Below, one piece after another: positions 36,119-48,300 of a stretch of 64,000 nt of DNA. This stretch comes from Ramazzottius varieornatus (Eukaryota; Animalia; Tardigrada): positions 2,787,826-2,851,825 of the forward strand of contig BDGG01000002.1 in the NCBI GenBank assembly GCA_001949185.1, written 5' to 3'. How positions within the stretch are numbered: the first letter of the stretch is position 1; each line of letters starts with the position of its first letter. The translations under genes were made by a program, and so were the position numbers. Below the pieces are notes generated by a model. The model saw only the letters and a program-made list of their open reading frames with translations, ran no database searches and was not told the DNA's origin.

Positions 36119-37022
36119 TATACTGTAGGTGCAGGTCGAGCTGCTTTTTATTTTGCTTACCCGTGATTTATACTGTGAAACCGGCTTCTCCCTGCTGATA
36201 AAGGGGTAACCAACTTGATCAGACAGCATGCAAGGCGGTCAACAAAAACATTACTTAAAGCAAATTTCACTGTCCCAGCAACGGTTAACACCTTGAGCAC
36301 GACGCAGTTTCATGCTTTCAGAAGACGAGGTGGCAAACTCACCTTCGCTCCGTTTTAACCGGTTGAGGTCGGTCAGCGACGCCGAATTCGAACAACCACC
36401 ATCTTTTCGTTTAGACAAAATTTCTGAATATGATGCACTGTGAGCCACCTACCAGCTCAAAACGTTCAACGTTCATGATTTCTTGTTGACCACTGGGGAG
36501 ATCTTTTTTCAAATCTAAATTTTTAGCAAGATACAAAAACGTTTGAACTAAGGCTGAAACTTGTCTGGCGACTCTGAGTCAAACCAGAGCTTTACTAAAC
36601 GAAAATTGGCTGCCTACGACAAGATTTCAATCGAAAAAAGAAAAGATTCCAGGCAGTATTTCATAGCCACTGTAGTGGCCGTTAGTTGCAGTTTTAAGAG
36701 AAGGTGATTTTTTGGCAAACGTTTAAAAACTGGTGGCAAAATCTAAGCTGGAATATCGCTACGTGGAGATTAGTGTGCGTCCTCCCCCCCCCTCGCTCAA
36801 GGTGGTAATTATACACTGTGGATATATTAATAGTTACGCGATGAGTAAGACGTACTTACAAGTTGAACCCTTATGCCTTTACCAATCCCGCGGGAAGCAC
36901 CACTCACAAGCGAAACTTTGCCTGGTACAGGAGTCATTTCCGTGCAGCGGGGAATTGCAGATAACATGTGATAATGAAGGCTGCACCGTTCAGTGACTAC
37001 TCCGTTTGGCTGGGTATTCTCA

Positions 37023-39526
37023 CGAGGGGATTTTTCCAATCCGCCGCCTCTGATCCTCAAACCGACATCACAGGTGGATAGAGAAGAGTTTTCTCTATAG
37101 TCTGATCCGGAAACCTGGTCATATTTCCGTTCCTGGAATAAACTGCAGGAACCGGAAGTTACGTCAAAATTAGGGCGGTACTGTACATTGACCGAGGCAC
37201 AATCAATAAGCTTGATTGACTCATAGTTGATTGGCCAAAATTGATTGTTCCTTCCATCATATGAGCTTGTCGCTGTCGCATGACGCATCTTTTGTTGATT
37301 CTCTCCTCCATAATCTTCCCACAACACTGCGATGTACTCCATCAATCCCTTGAAGGTGCTAAAGCTCCTAGAAGAGGAATACAAACTCCGGTATCAACCG
37401 GACGATGCGCCAAGTGAAGCGGACAAGCAGCTGAAAGACCTTATCAAAGGTAGGTATTTTTCCGAAGGTTCAGTGCAGAAGTAAGAGGTTTTGTTTCACC
37501 GGATTGTTGGAATATTCTAGATCTTATTGACATCAAAATTGCTCGAAGCGAAATTCCTGTGCTGGAGGTTGAAGAGGACTTGCAGGGGGACCTACAGCTC
37601 GACGGGCTAACGTTCGACGACTTTGAAAAGACGGCGGGTGGTGCTAACCTGTTGAACGGTAGCGCCGAACGTTATTTCTTCGAAGATGATCGCTTGAACG
37701 AGCCCGTTACAAGTGACACTGAACTTTCGTCCCACGAAATATTTGTTCCGCGACTCCCAGATCCAAGAGTTCCGTCAAGCCAAGCTGTCAATCTCGACTA
37801 CAAGAAACGTGCTGTTGATTTCTGGTGTAACGCTACAGCAAAGAAACGGCGGAGCTTGTCTTCAGTCCGGAACCATTTCACCAAAGTTCGGGACGAACGA
37901 CAGCTAAGAGACTGGAAGAAACAGCTAGCTGAAGGCGGATCCCGATTCGACAAATTGAAAGTCATTCGCTTGGAGACAGCAAAGCAGTACTTCTTGGCCA
38001 AGCAGAAGAGACAAGTAGTCAAGGATTTGGATCTTCAACGATGGGCGATAACCGCGAATAATGATGTGGATCTGCCTGGTTTCACCGCTTCACCGTACTA
38101 GGTGTCAAAATTCAAACGGTAATTGATATCGTGCAAGATTTTACTTATCGATTTAACGAAGGCAAATCTTCTGTATTTGAACGTCGGCAAACGATTTCAC
38201 CTGAATCGTCAGTTCAAGTAGCGCACGTTACCGTACTCAATAAGTGACAGCGGCGCCACTTGAAAAAAACGACCTTTTCCAATTTGCTGGCAGTGTTCCG
38301 ATGACATTTATGCTATTTTGGCAGGTACTACGGAATAGTTGATCGAAAGATAACGAAGTTCGTCACAAAGAAGTCCCTCGAAGCAGCTCCCCAAGTCAAG
38401 CAAAGTGCAGAAGAGTGTGTTGCGCTGGTCAGATCCAGAATAGCGGAGCACGGATTGGACTGTCTTTGGAACACGGATCAGTCGGGATTTGAATATGAGA
38501 TGAGGCCCGGGAGAACTTTGGAGCAGAAAGGCGTGAAACACGTCGAGGCTATAACCCAGTCCGAAAATTCCATGACTCATTACTATACTGTCATGATGAC
38601 AATCTCTCCCGGCACACGAAAGTTTCATCCTATTTGGTTCATCACCCTGAAAGAAGAAAAAGGAGTCTTTGGCCCAATCGTGTCGAAAACGATGTTCAAA
38701 GGTGATAACCTGTACATCACTGCGTCGACATCGGGAAAAATGACGAAGAAGCTCTACCTGGAACGGTCCGAAAATGTGTTGTTTCCGCATATGGAAGACC
38801 GCTGTATCATTCTGGCTGACTCCTGGAAGACGTTCACCGATCAGGACGCTGTTATCGAACTCAAGCCCGAAGAGCTGCAGTACGAGATGATCACTATACC
38901 TCCCAAAGTGACTGGTAGTATCCAGCCGTTAGATGTTCTTTGCTTCCGGATGTACAAGGGATGTTTCAAAAAGATCTCAAATTTCGTGGTTGTTAATGAT
39001 ATTCCTGTACATGTCCATCATAGGGACGTAATCCTGAAACTTCATTCCTTACTGTATCAGCGGTTTCAGTCATCCAGATTCGAGAACCTAATTGTACGTG
39101 CCTGGTTCAAGTCGGGATATACGGATGAACGGGCACAGTATGTGAACCCCGCAAGCTTCATGTTCAAGAAGCTGAATGGCCGCTGCATTCATAATAACTG
39201 TAAGAATACTGTCCTTCTGGTCTGTGGGTGGTGCAAAGGTCGCCTCTGTTTTCACCATTTCTATGATGTTCATCATTTCTGTACCATCTACCTGCCTTAA
39301 TGTTTTTTTGAATTTTCCACTAGATATCTTTACGAGGACGGAAGTAACAGGTTAACTTGTAGCGCCACCTGTGTTGGAATTTTGACGTAACTTCCGGTTC
39401 CTGCAGTCTATTCCAGGAACGGAAATATGACCAGGTTTCCGGTTCAGACTATAGAGAAAACTCTTCTCTATCCACCTGTGATGTCGGTTTGAGGATCAGA
39501 GGCGGCGGATTGGAAAAATCCCCTCG
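37023..39526 (+). mobile_element. Tc4/Tc5-type DNA transposon (2.5 kb) with about 150-bp TIRs
   Basis: Near-identical inverted arms starting cgaggggatttttccaatccgccgcc; TCA duplicated in a C-TCA-G target; internal transposase gene. Confidence 0.92.
37332..39300 (+). pseudogene. Tc5-like DDE transposase (exons about 37332-37449, 37521-38119, 38324-39300) with one premature stop
   Basis: HTH region (KKRAVDFW..QLRDW..DLQRWA..FTASPY*VSKFK), catalytic WNTDQSG / ILADSW / IQPLDV, and C-terminal C/H cluster CGWCKGRLCFHHF. TAG at 38099-38101 where Trp would be expected. Confidence 0.85.
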
Positions 39527-39832
39527 TCAGGTCCAACGAATCAAGAGTACAAGCTCCAGCTTTGGGATAACTTCGCTAGCTGCAAAGAACCTCGGAGGGA
39601 TTGTATACAGTCTGATACAAGACTAGAACTCTTGTCAACAGCTGATCCAGTTGAACAACAAAACAGCAGAATCGGAAGTCAGGTACCTGTGCACGTGCGA
39701 GTACCTGATTATTCCACACGGGGACGAGGCTTGTCGAATTATCCATCATCTGCCTACAAACGTCACGTCAGCAGCCGAAGGCTGTGTTGACTGGATTTTT
39801 AGTAGTATAACTGCAGGCAGGTTCTCTGGTAT

Positions 39833-40718
39833 TAGTGATGTTGGCATATATGAATATTATATTAAATTAGAACTTATTAGATGCTTTTTGTATCTAATAT
39901 ATAATATTAACATTTATTAGATGCCTCGACCGAGGCAGGATATTTGTTAGTATTAAATTAGATGAAAGCCAGAGCTGAATATATTATATTAAAATCAACT
40001 CGCAGGGCGATCCGCATTAAAATTATCACTATGCTATTTCGGCTTCGGTTGATCAAAATAAGGCTTGATTTGCGCCAAGCGAAAGCGTGCGACTCTGCAC
40101 AGTACTCTGTTGGTTTGGATCACAACGCATCACGCGCCTGCACATCAACGTATATTGACCAGCGTTCAGGACGATACATTGATTGTCAACTTCGTTTGAT
40201 TGGATAGTGCAGGTTCATGAGTCCGGCGATCCACCTGCATACTCGCAATGCTCATTGCTGATTGCAATGCTGTTTGCTTTTCCGGGTTCTGTTTTGGGCT
40301 TTCGAACGCTCTGTGTGTCGTTTCTCTAGAAATTGCAAGATATTATGGGGATACCAGCATGGCTGGGAAAGAAGGGAGTTTCATGGAAGACTTTTGATCT
40401 ATCTGTTGCTGGATCTGAAGGTTTGGAATGATGAAAGTATGTAAAGAGGAAAGTTTCCTGGCTTCGGCAACACCAAAGCGATGTTAGGAATGAGGACGGA
40501 AGTTCCCTTGCTCTGTTCACACAGGAGTCAGAAATATCACAATATGTATTATAATATATTATAATAAGCATCCGACGAAACCAGTTGATATATTAACATT
40601 ATATTAGATGCTCCGAGGTCGCGGCATATTATATTGAGATTATATTCGAACTCTGGCAGCTCGGCTTTATTTAATTAAAAGTATATTTGGTCGGGATACC
40701 CTCATGCCAACACTACTA
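39833..40718. mobile_element. Non-autonomous hAT element (AT-rich subterminal regions)
   Basis: TIRs tagtgatgttggcat / atgccaacactacta; perfect 8-bp TSD tctggtat. Confidence 0.88.
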
Positions 40719-42571
40719 TCTGGTATCTACGTCAACTCGAAAGCTGTAAACCATGTACTTGGTGTGCGTACGATACAGTCACAGACTCATGGTGGCGATG
40801 ACCTGTGGACGTGACTGTATATGCATACTGTAGTGCTGAAATCTCCAGAAACTGTGAGCAGTAATACAGTGATACTGTGAAATCTCGTTCAACTCGACGA
40901 TAGAAACGCCCTACCCGTACATTTCTACCCACGACCATGAATAGTATTTACGGCGTACGTACGTAAAACCAGCTGATTGCTTGTTACACGGCTTATTCCC
41001 CAGTCCGGGCAGCCTTTCCATGAGCACGGCCGACGCAATATGCATCATTACTGAAATTCTAGCTTCGAGTTGTGATTCTCTTGCCTTTGTTTACGTTTGA
41101 ATTTGGAGGATCTTCGAGGCGATTCTTCGCTAGTGGGTATGCATACGATATCTTCAGTAACCTGCCATCTATCGTTGTGCTGTGATGCAGAAGTTGGGGA
41201 GGTGAACAACTTGGTCAGCACTTTGCGGCCAAATTCCATTTTCTTCATTCATGAGCCAAGGCTTCGTCGGCGGGAAGTGGAACAAAGATCGATACGCTTT
41301 ACGCGATGTATATTCGCGAGAAAAAAAAATAGCCAAGGTTCGTCGAAAGCTGCGAGCTCAAACGGGACAGGCGAGCAGCATAGCATTGTAAGAAAAACTC
41401 CGGACTTGCATTTATTACAAAGCGAAACGCTTTAATTATTCCAGTCAGATCGACATCTGTCACAGCTCGACACACAACAAAATTAATGCTGTCTATATTG
41501 CAGTTCGACTTAATGCTGGTTATCATGCGCTACTACCTGGAAGATCTTTTTAAATAGCCCTCTACCATTCTCTCTTCTGTCACATCCGCGTTCTGGACCG
41601 CTATGCATCGCGAAATACAAAATGAGATAGTGTAGTCTAGTGAGCTGCGGTAGCAAGCGTAATTTTTAAGGCTGTTGATCAATGACACGCATGCTCACGC
41701 TGATAACATACGGGCTCCGCGAAGCTCGAAGATCTTTGTGTCTCTCAGTCATGGCCACCAATTGTTTGCCCGAATTCGACTAAGCCGCACCAAAACATGC
41801 GCCGATCAAGGTGAGAGGAATTTCATTGGACAAAGAGGTATTCGACTTCCTAAATTCCTGAGCTGGTATGCAGATTACGAGGATGTCCGCATAGGTTTTT
41901 TCGAACGCCTCAGTCCATTAGTTCAGGTCTTGGCTCACTAATCGCTTACCTCCCTCTGCATGAACGAACGTACCCCATCCTGGAAAACAGTGCGGCACCA
42001 TTTGAGGAACCAGGGTCTGTCTTCAGCTGTACAAAGTACCGTACGCAACGGAGAACCCTTAGTGCTAATTCTCGAATTTACTTTCGGTTTCGGTCCAGCG
42101 CACTCCAGATCTGCGGCGTCACTTTCTACCAAGTCCACCTGATATTTTGTTAGGAATGAGTAACGGAACCGCGGCGCAGGCAATCATCCAGGTCCATCGT
42201 TCAATGTCAGGAGCGTATACTGCACACTGAAAGATTCACTGTTATGCCGGCCTGGAATCCGTGTGTGCCTGGTAAACACTGCAATAATGTGGCTCATGGT
42301 ACGCTGAAGAAGATAAGTTATCGCGGAAACAAGCTTCCCACGGCCATCAAACGCTGATAAACTTTATGGTGCAAACACGACAAATCGCCGATACTCCAAA
42401 GCATAAAAGCGACTGATGTATTTGACAGTCACTAGCTATCCTATCGCTTCTTCGCATAAACCGAAACAAACCGTCCGAACGTCTCTTCACACCCGACACT
42501 TCATAAGCCCGTCTATTATCCTGACCAGTGTTTTAGTCCACCATCTGTTCCATATTGGGCACTAGCTCATC

Positions 42572-45309
42572 ATGGACAACGCTCTTTTGCTTCCGGCCAT
42601 TTTTGCCTGGCTTAGATTGTTCTCTGGTACGACAAGTGAACTGAACTGGATCGATGTCTCAGATGACGCAGGCTTTCATTGTTACTGGCTGGTACTCTGC
42701 GCCACTTGAGATACGATCTGCTTTAGTTCATTTGCCCACGACCCAAACGATTTCTTGCAATATTCTAAAATTCTAAAATATTCTAAAATTGTTTCAAGCA
42801 TGTGTAACTAAATCAGTCGATTGTTCTAGCCTCATCTGATGCACAGACGGTACCGGTCACTTGTGGGGGAACCATCCACCTACCGGCAGATGGCCGACCT
42901 GTAGAGATCACCACGCCCAACTTCCCGGACAAGTATCCGAGCAATGTCTTTTGTAAATGGACTATCCACGCACCGGAAAGGAAGGTTGTACAAGTGGATG
43001 CGCTGTACTTCGGCCTGTCTTCTGCCAAGACCTCGTTCCTGCTGCTGGCGGACAAAGGCGTTACCAGCCCTAGCCCACAGGCCATCAGCTCGGCTCCTGG
43101 ACCGCTCGGATGGCGTTCCAAAACATCCACCGCGGTAAGCTCAGTGGGAACGTTGGCATACGTATATTACTGAACGGTTTGCTCAAGTGGCTATGTTCCT
43201 AGTCAATAACAATGAGAACGTGCGCCACTTGACAGAACAATCTGGGCGAAATTTATTCGCCAACGTCCCAGCTTACGCTCGTTATCGGTGTGGTCGGAAG
43301 GTGAAACTAATGGAATGGCATGTTCATAGGAAATCGGTTTCGCGTCGCAAGCTCAGTCAGATGGAAGAGGCTTTTGGCTATCTTTGCGAATGGCCATAGC
43401 AAACACCGATTGTGTGGAGAAAGTCGCACCCAAGTACAACGTCAGTTTGGATGTAGAACCCAGGCTAAGGTGGCGTCATGTCGTCGCTGACTATCCTTAT
43501 TTGAATATCACGACCTACGGTATGCTCAAGTAAGCATCTCCTCGGCGCATTAACAACCTTTTTCGTAATTTGACACGATAGTTGTTCATGACATCGCGCT
43601 TCCTTGTATAGCGTGTTCAACTTTTTCGCGGACGGCTCATTTTATCCCTTCAACGGAAACTTCTCGCCGGACCGCAAACGAATCGTTGAGGACTACCTGA
43701 ACAGGCTGCCTCTTGATCTCAGACAAGAACTCGAAGGTTGGTAGACACGGTAGATGACACATGTTGTATGCATTGCCACCGTGTTCCACGTTTGCAGGTA
43801 TTGCCGAATTTTCAAACGTCAGTAAGGAATTCATAACTATGGCGAACATCGTCTACGAGATTGTGACGTGAGTTACACACCTTCATGACACCGTCTCTCA
43901 AATTTACGTTGTCTGGATAGCGCGACTGATATTGTGATGTCCGCTCCTAAACCCCTACTTGACGCTCATGGTGCTGGTCGTTTGACAAGCTTGAGGCCGA
44001 TAACAAGAAAGACATTTATTGTATAGGTTTTGCACGAGTATTGTCGCGAGCGACATCAACGGAAAACCCATTCACGGACGCAACTTGGATTTCCGTGGTA
44101 CACCCCTGCTGCGAGACGAGACCATCCACGTGGATTTCGTTCGTAAGATCAACGGTGTTCAACAGGTGCGTCGACCCCAAAATTTCTGCCTGTGCTGTAA
44201 ATACTTGAATTACTGACTCAATTCACAGATCGTTTACTCCGCGGTCACCGTGGCTGGTTCTATCTCTCTCATGACTGCTCAAAAGCCCGGCGTTTTCACC
44301 TACAGCCTTAACAGAAGAAGTGAGTTTCTCTGTTTACCAAAACTCCTGAAAATCTACTACCACCAAGTTTTCATTTCATCCAGTCACAAAAACCGGTCAC
44401 GGGATGGAAGATGCTACACTCAACTTTGACGTGTTTAGGAATACTTCTTCGACAGTGTTGCTCAGTATGGTTCGCCAAGTACGTCGCAATAAATGGTTAA
44501 CAGGTAGCTTGCGAAACCCGACCACTGTTTCCGATCTAGGCTCTTGAAACCGCGACGACTTACGAAGGAGCTGTTGAGCAATTTTCAAGAGCATGGCTTC
44601 CTTCACCATGTTACTTGATCATCGGGGGAACTCGTGAAAACGAAGGAGTCATCCTAACACGAGACCGGGATCGCCCAGTTGATGTTCATCCCATCGATGT
44701 ACGACAGGGTCGCTGGTACGTTGCCCAAACCAACACGGACCGCTGGCTGCCGTTCGACAACAAAACTGATCCCTTCTCGGCACAAAACCGATTGTAAGAA
44801 CTTTAATTTCGCCCAACAGCTCCACCTACATGTGACGCGGTTCGTTCCTTGACTGGCCTTGTCTGGACCCTAGGGAAATTGCTGAGCGAGCTTTAAACCG
44901 AACCACGCGCAGGAATATTAACTTTAAGACGATGTTTGACGTCATCGGAACAAATGCCGTTTACAACCAGTAAGTTTCCCGTGCAATATGTATCATCAAA
45001 ACTCGTGCCGACATATGGTATAATTGCACGTGTCTGGGATGATCTACTGTCCCTTGAAGCCCTTTGTCGAAACACGGTTCTCTTTTTAGTGCGACAGTGT
45101 TCTCAACCGTAATGAGTGCATCGAATCCGTCAGCCATGGAAACACGTATTCGCTGTCCGCTCCCTGCGGCGACACCTGGGACTCCAGGTATCAAGAACCC
45201 GCAAGCGTCCGGGCCGAGTGGACGGCCACTTACCGCTGGAGCCAACCGCAGCGTCACTTCGACGTTGATGTCGATTTTCACAATGATGTCAGCTGTTCTC
45301 TTGACCTAA
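42572..45309 (+). CDS. Signal peptide + CUB domain + NAAA/acid-ceramidase-like Ntn hydrolase with hydrophobic C-terminus (putative GPI signal); about 11 exons
   Basis: MDNALLLPAIFAWLRLFS|..CGGTIHLP..ITTPNFPDKYPSNVFCKWTIHAP (CUB)..|EIGF..GRGF..PKYNVSLDVEPRLRW..|ELEGIA..ANIVYE..|FCTSIVASDINGKPIHGRNLDF (nucleophile Cys)..SLNRR..PCYLIIGG..EGVILTR..WYVAQTN..|TVFSTVMSAS..TLMSIFTMMSAVLLT*. Junctions checked are GT-AG and in frame. Confidence 0.88.
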
Positions 45310-45719
45310 CGCAGCAAGGATTTTATAGATTTTATATTTCTGGAGTCTTCGAGGTTTCCACTGACGAAGCGTTCTCGTTTTCATCGAACGTTGACATTGG
45401 TGGCGTCCTCTACAGTAGTTGTTATTTTGCCGTAAAATAATCTCACTTCGTTTCTCGCTCATTTTGCTTCCTTAGTAGACGATAACTTGCTGGTCTAGTA
45501 CGCCTATCGAGCATGCTGCAATATAGTGCCAGCACATCTTAAACTGCAAACTGAACAAAATATTATTCGACTCATAGAATAAAGCTTGTGTGGGAAGCTG
45601 AAGTGCGCTTGATGTAAAAATTAATACTTTTGAGAACATTGTTTCTCACCCAAACCGAACAGCCATAATGTCAATTGCCATATTAAATACGTCGCTTCAT
45701 GAAGCTTGTTAGAGCAGCT

Positions 45720-46720
45720 ATCGGCCCTTGATAGAGCGTCCGAACACCTTTTCAAGCTTGTAGCAGCAGCTTACGTTAATGCTATCCGAGCGCATTAGCC
45801 AGTTGAATTTCGGCAGAACCCTGTTATAATTATGGACTGGAAGACGACCGCCACTGACCGCCTCCCCATCTCTCACAGTTTTCGCAGCTGCTGACCATGG
45901 GCAACACCTTGTCGGCAACAGCGTCGGTATCGATTTCATCCTTGCCGACATTCGAATGCCGGTTCTCACTTACCGTTTCTATATCGCACTTTCGTGACTT
46001 TCTAATCCAAAAGGTATCCCGACTAAGGTTTATGCCATTTACTTGACTTCTAGCGCCAATTTCGTGTTCACTAGTACGGCTAGCTCGGCCGCATTCGCCG
46101 CTCGGCTTGGACCGGTTCTTGGCGGTCAGCTTACCGCATCACTACAAGTGCGTGAACTCATTTGTCGTTTCTGCTGGTCTGATAGTTGTATCATGGCTGT
46201 TCGGGATACGCAATGCGGTGCTTCTTGGGAATGAGGTTGGGGTGAAGCTGACAGGGAGAACCGATGGGACTTGCTTGACGCTACGTATACCGATAAACGG
46301 TCACTGGCTGATGTTGATGATACACATCATTCCATGCAGTATCATGCTTGTTATGATGTTCTGCGTGTTCGTCAAAGCCATCTGAGCCTTCGCAGTTCGA
46401 CTAACCACCAGTACGCTACGCTAAAACGACGACTGGAGATTATCAAAGCGATGGCCGGATCCTTCATGTGGGCGTCGGCTCGCACCATCTCTGCGATGGT
46501 GGATCCGATTTTTTCTTGTTTCCGACTATGCGCTCCGCCCCGTAAAATTTGGCATAGTTCATAACAATGTGGGTTCACAGATCGAAATCTCTCGCTTTCA
46601 GGTGTTCTCCATTAGACGGATCCGTGCCGCCGCGCTTTGTGCAGGAAGTTGTGCCATCACGTGCCCAAGCGACAACCACGTGTCAAAGTACTGTATACCT
46701 CGCTTGGCAGGATTGTAATC
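45720..46720 (+). pseudogene. Class A GPCR-like relic
   Basis: LDRFLAVSLPHHYK (TM3 DRF motif), TM4 LIVVSWLFG, ECL2 Cys, TM5 IIPCSIMLVMMFCVF, then a TGA. Flanking frames are broken. Confidence 0.6.
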
Positions 46721-47459
46721 GCGAAAGCGATAGCAGGAAATGACTGCAAACTCGGTGACGGATTCTTTTACTCTCAAACGGCGCATATCCAGTGGCACCA
46801 CAACGGAATACCATTCGGAAAGGATAGCGACTCGACCCCTACATCGACCCCACCCCAATATTAACTAACCACAAAATCGACGCACCTATTAAATCATCGG
46901 CATGTACAGCGAGCAGCCAAATCATCAGTTGACCAACACGTGGCTTCACCGCATCGTCAGGATATACTGGGCTCTTGTTAGAACTTCTGAGGGCCTTTCG
47001 AATCGAAAATGAGATTACAACAACGTTGTTTGATCGCATTACATCCAACAAATAACCAAGCTACAACAAATGTCCTGAACAAAGCACTGCCACGCATCTG
47101 CAGCGATCGGTAACAGGTGCATCCGATCAGTTCAACGCATCTCTTGTACATTGATCTGTATTGGAAGACAATAATCCACACTCGAAGAGCGAGGAAGCAG
47201 CGATACAAAGATGACACGAATATTTCATCGAATTTCTTGATATCTAGAACTTGAACAGTTCCATCTGGGCTTTTCGTACTTTTCAGCACTGGACAGAATA
47301 GCAGTCACCACGAAAAATACGAGTACCTATCGCAACTCGCTGCCCGGAACATTGAAAAAACGCGGACTCGCCTGCCACGTGTCGGAACAAAGATGGTGAA
47401 GTACTTTGCCATCTTTCTGCCGACACAGTACGCTATTGATATATTACACATCAAGACAA

Positions 47460-47611
47460 TGCATACCAGCGTCTCCAGTCCGATCCAAGTCTGATCGATA
47501 ATTGCGACCAGAATTATTGATATTATAACACGAAGAGTGTATCGCATCGAAGTTACATAAAGGCTAACAAAACAATCAGAATTTGGGTCGGACTGGAGAC
47601 GTTGGTATGCA
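47460..47611. repeat. Foldback element with about 36-bp arms
   Basis: tgcataccagcgtctccagtccgatccaagtctgat ... atcagaatttgggtcggactggagacgttggtatgca. Confidence 0.75.
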
Positions 47612-48300
47612 CTGTAGCATCTTCAGTCGCAGTTGATTATTTGTATGCCGACTACAGCTCGATTACATACTGTAAAACAGTCTACGTACGGGACACAGGA
47701 CAGCCTATTGTTGGGGAACCATGAGGTCGTATTCGCACTGTACAAGTGTGGTACTCATAGTTTAACGCGCACTAAACCCCGTGAGGAGTCATCGCTGCCC
47801 AGCATGATCAGAAGCTTTCAGAGTAGCCTCCGGGACTCTCACCCGGGCAACATCTGCCGTTCACGTGGTTAAGTGCGCGTTAAACAATGCGCAGGGCAGT
47901 ATTGAAATCAAATTTAACGTAGGAGGACTGAGGGAGCCATTTGTTTTGATGCCACAGCTTTTCCAATTTTTATTCGTAATCGGGCTTCCACAAGGACCCA
48001 CTTGGTCCCCGCTGTTGTCTTGATCTGCGTTTACTGTATCTACCGCGAGGACCCGGATATGCCACACCACACGAGATATCCGAAACCAGACGATATGACT
48101 ATCGCAGTGATAAACCGAAACAATGATTTTATGGAAGGGTGACCATACTTTTCGATATGTTGACGAAAAATGTTCACAGTATTATTCTGCTTATCGTCCG
48201 CAAAACGGAAGCACGTTTTAAGCTCATGGTTTTTGACACATCACTATATATTTCGAAACGAGTTATTCAAATTTAGTTATACGCGGTCCATTTTTTCGCC

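Larger units (their letters stand above)
33459..36937 (-). pseudogene. DHRS1: DHRS1-like short-chain dehydrogenase/reductase pseudogene
   Basis: Exons give MTPVPGKVSLVSGASRGIGKGIRVQL|GEAGFTV*ITG|R..GSLRATAAE|LIERGGRSILVQCDHS..GRLDILVNSAY..KPFWE..WDDCNDVGL|RNHY..GLIVSILS..PAYGIGKAAVD (YxxxK)|LWPGPVKTE|GESTELAGRCI|..TADLGREYGL*AIDG. Two in-frame stops and a LINE insertion at an exon end. Confidence 0.85.

Noticed and set aside
36827-37384. 185-aa ORF ending in the SDR glycine-rich motif
   Set aside because: Chimeric read-through from the transposon TIR into SDR exon 1; only the part from 36937 is genuine.
46978-47547. Hydrophobic minus-strand ORFs that might be a membrane protein
   Set aside because: No family motif, partly within a foldback element, and no consistent exon chain.
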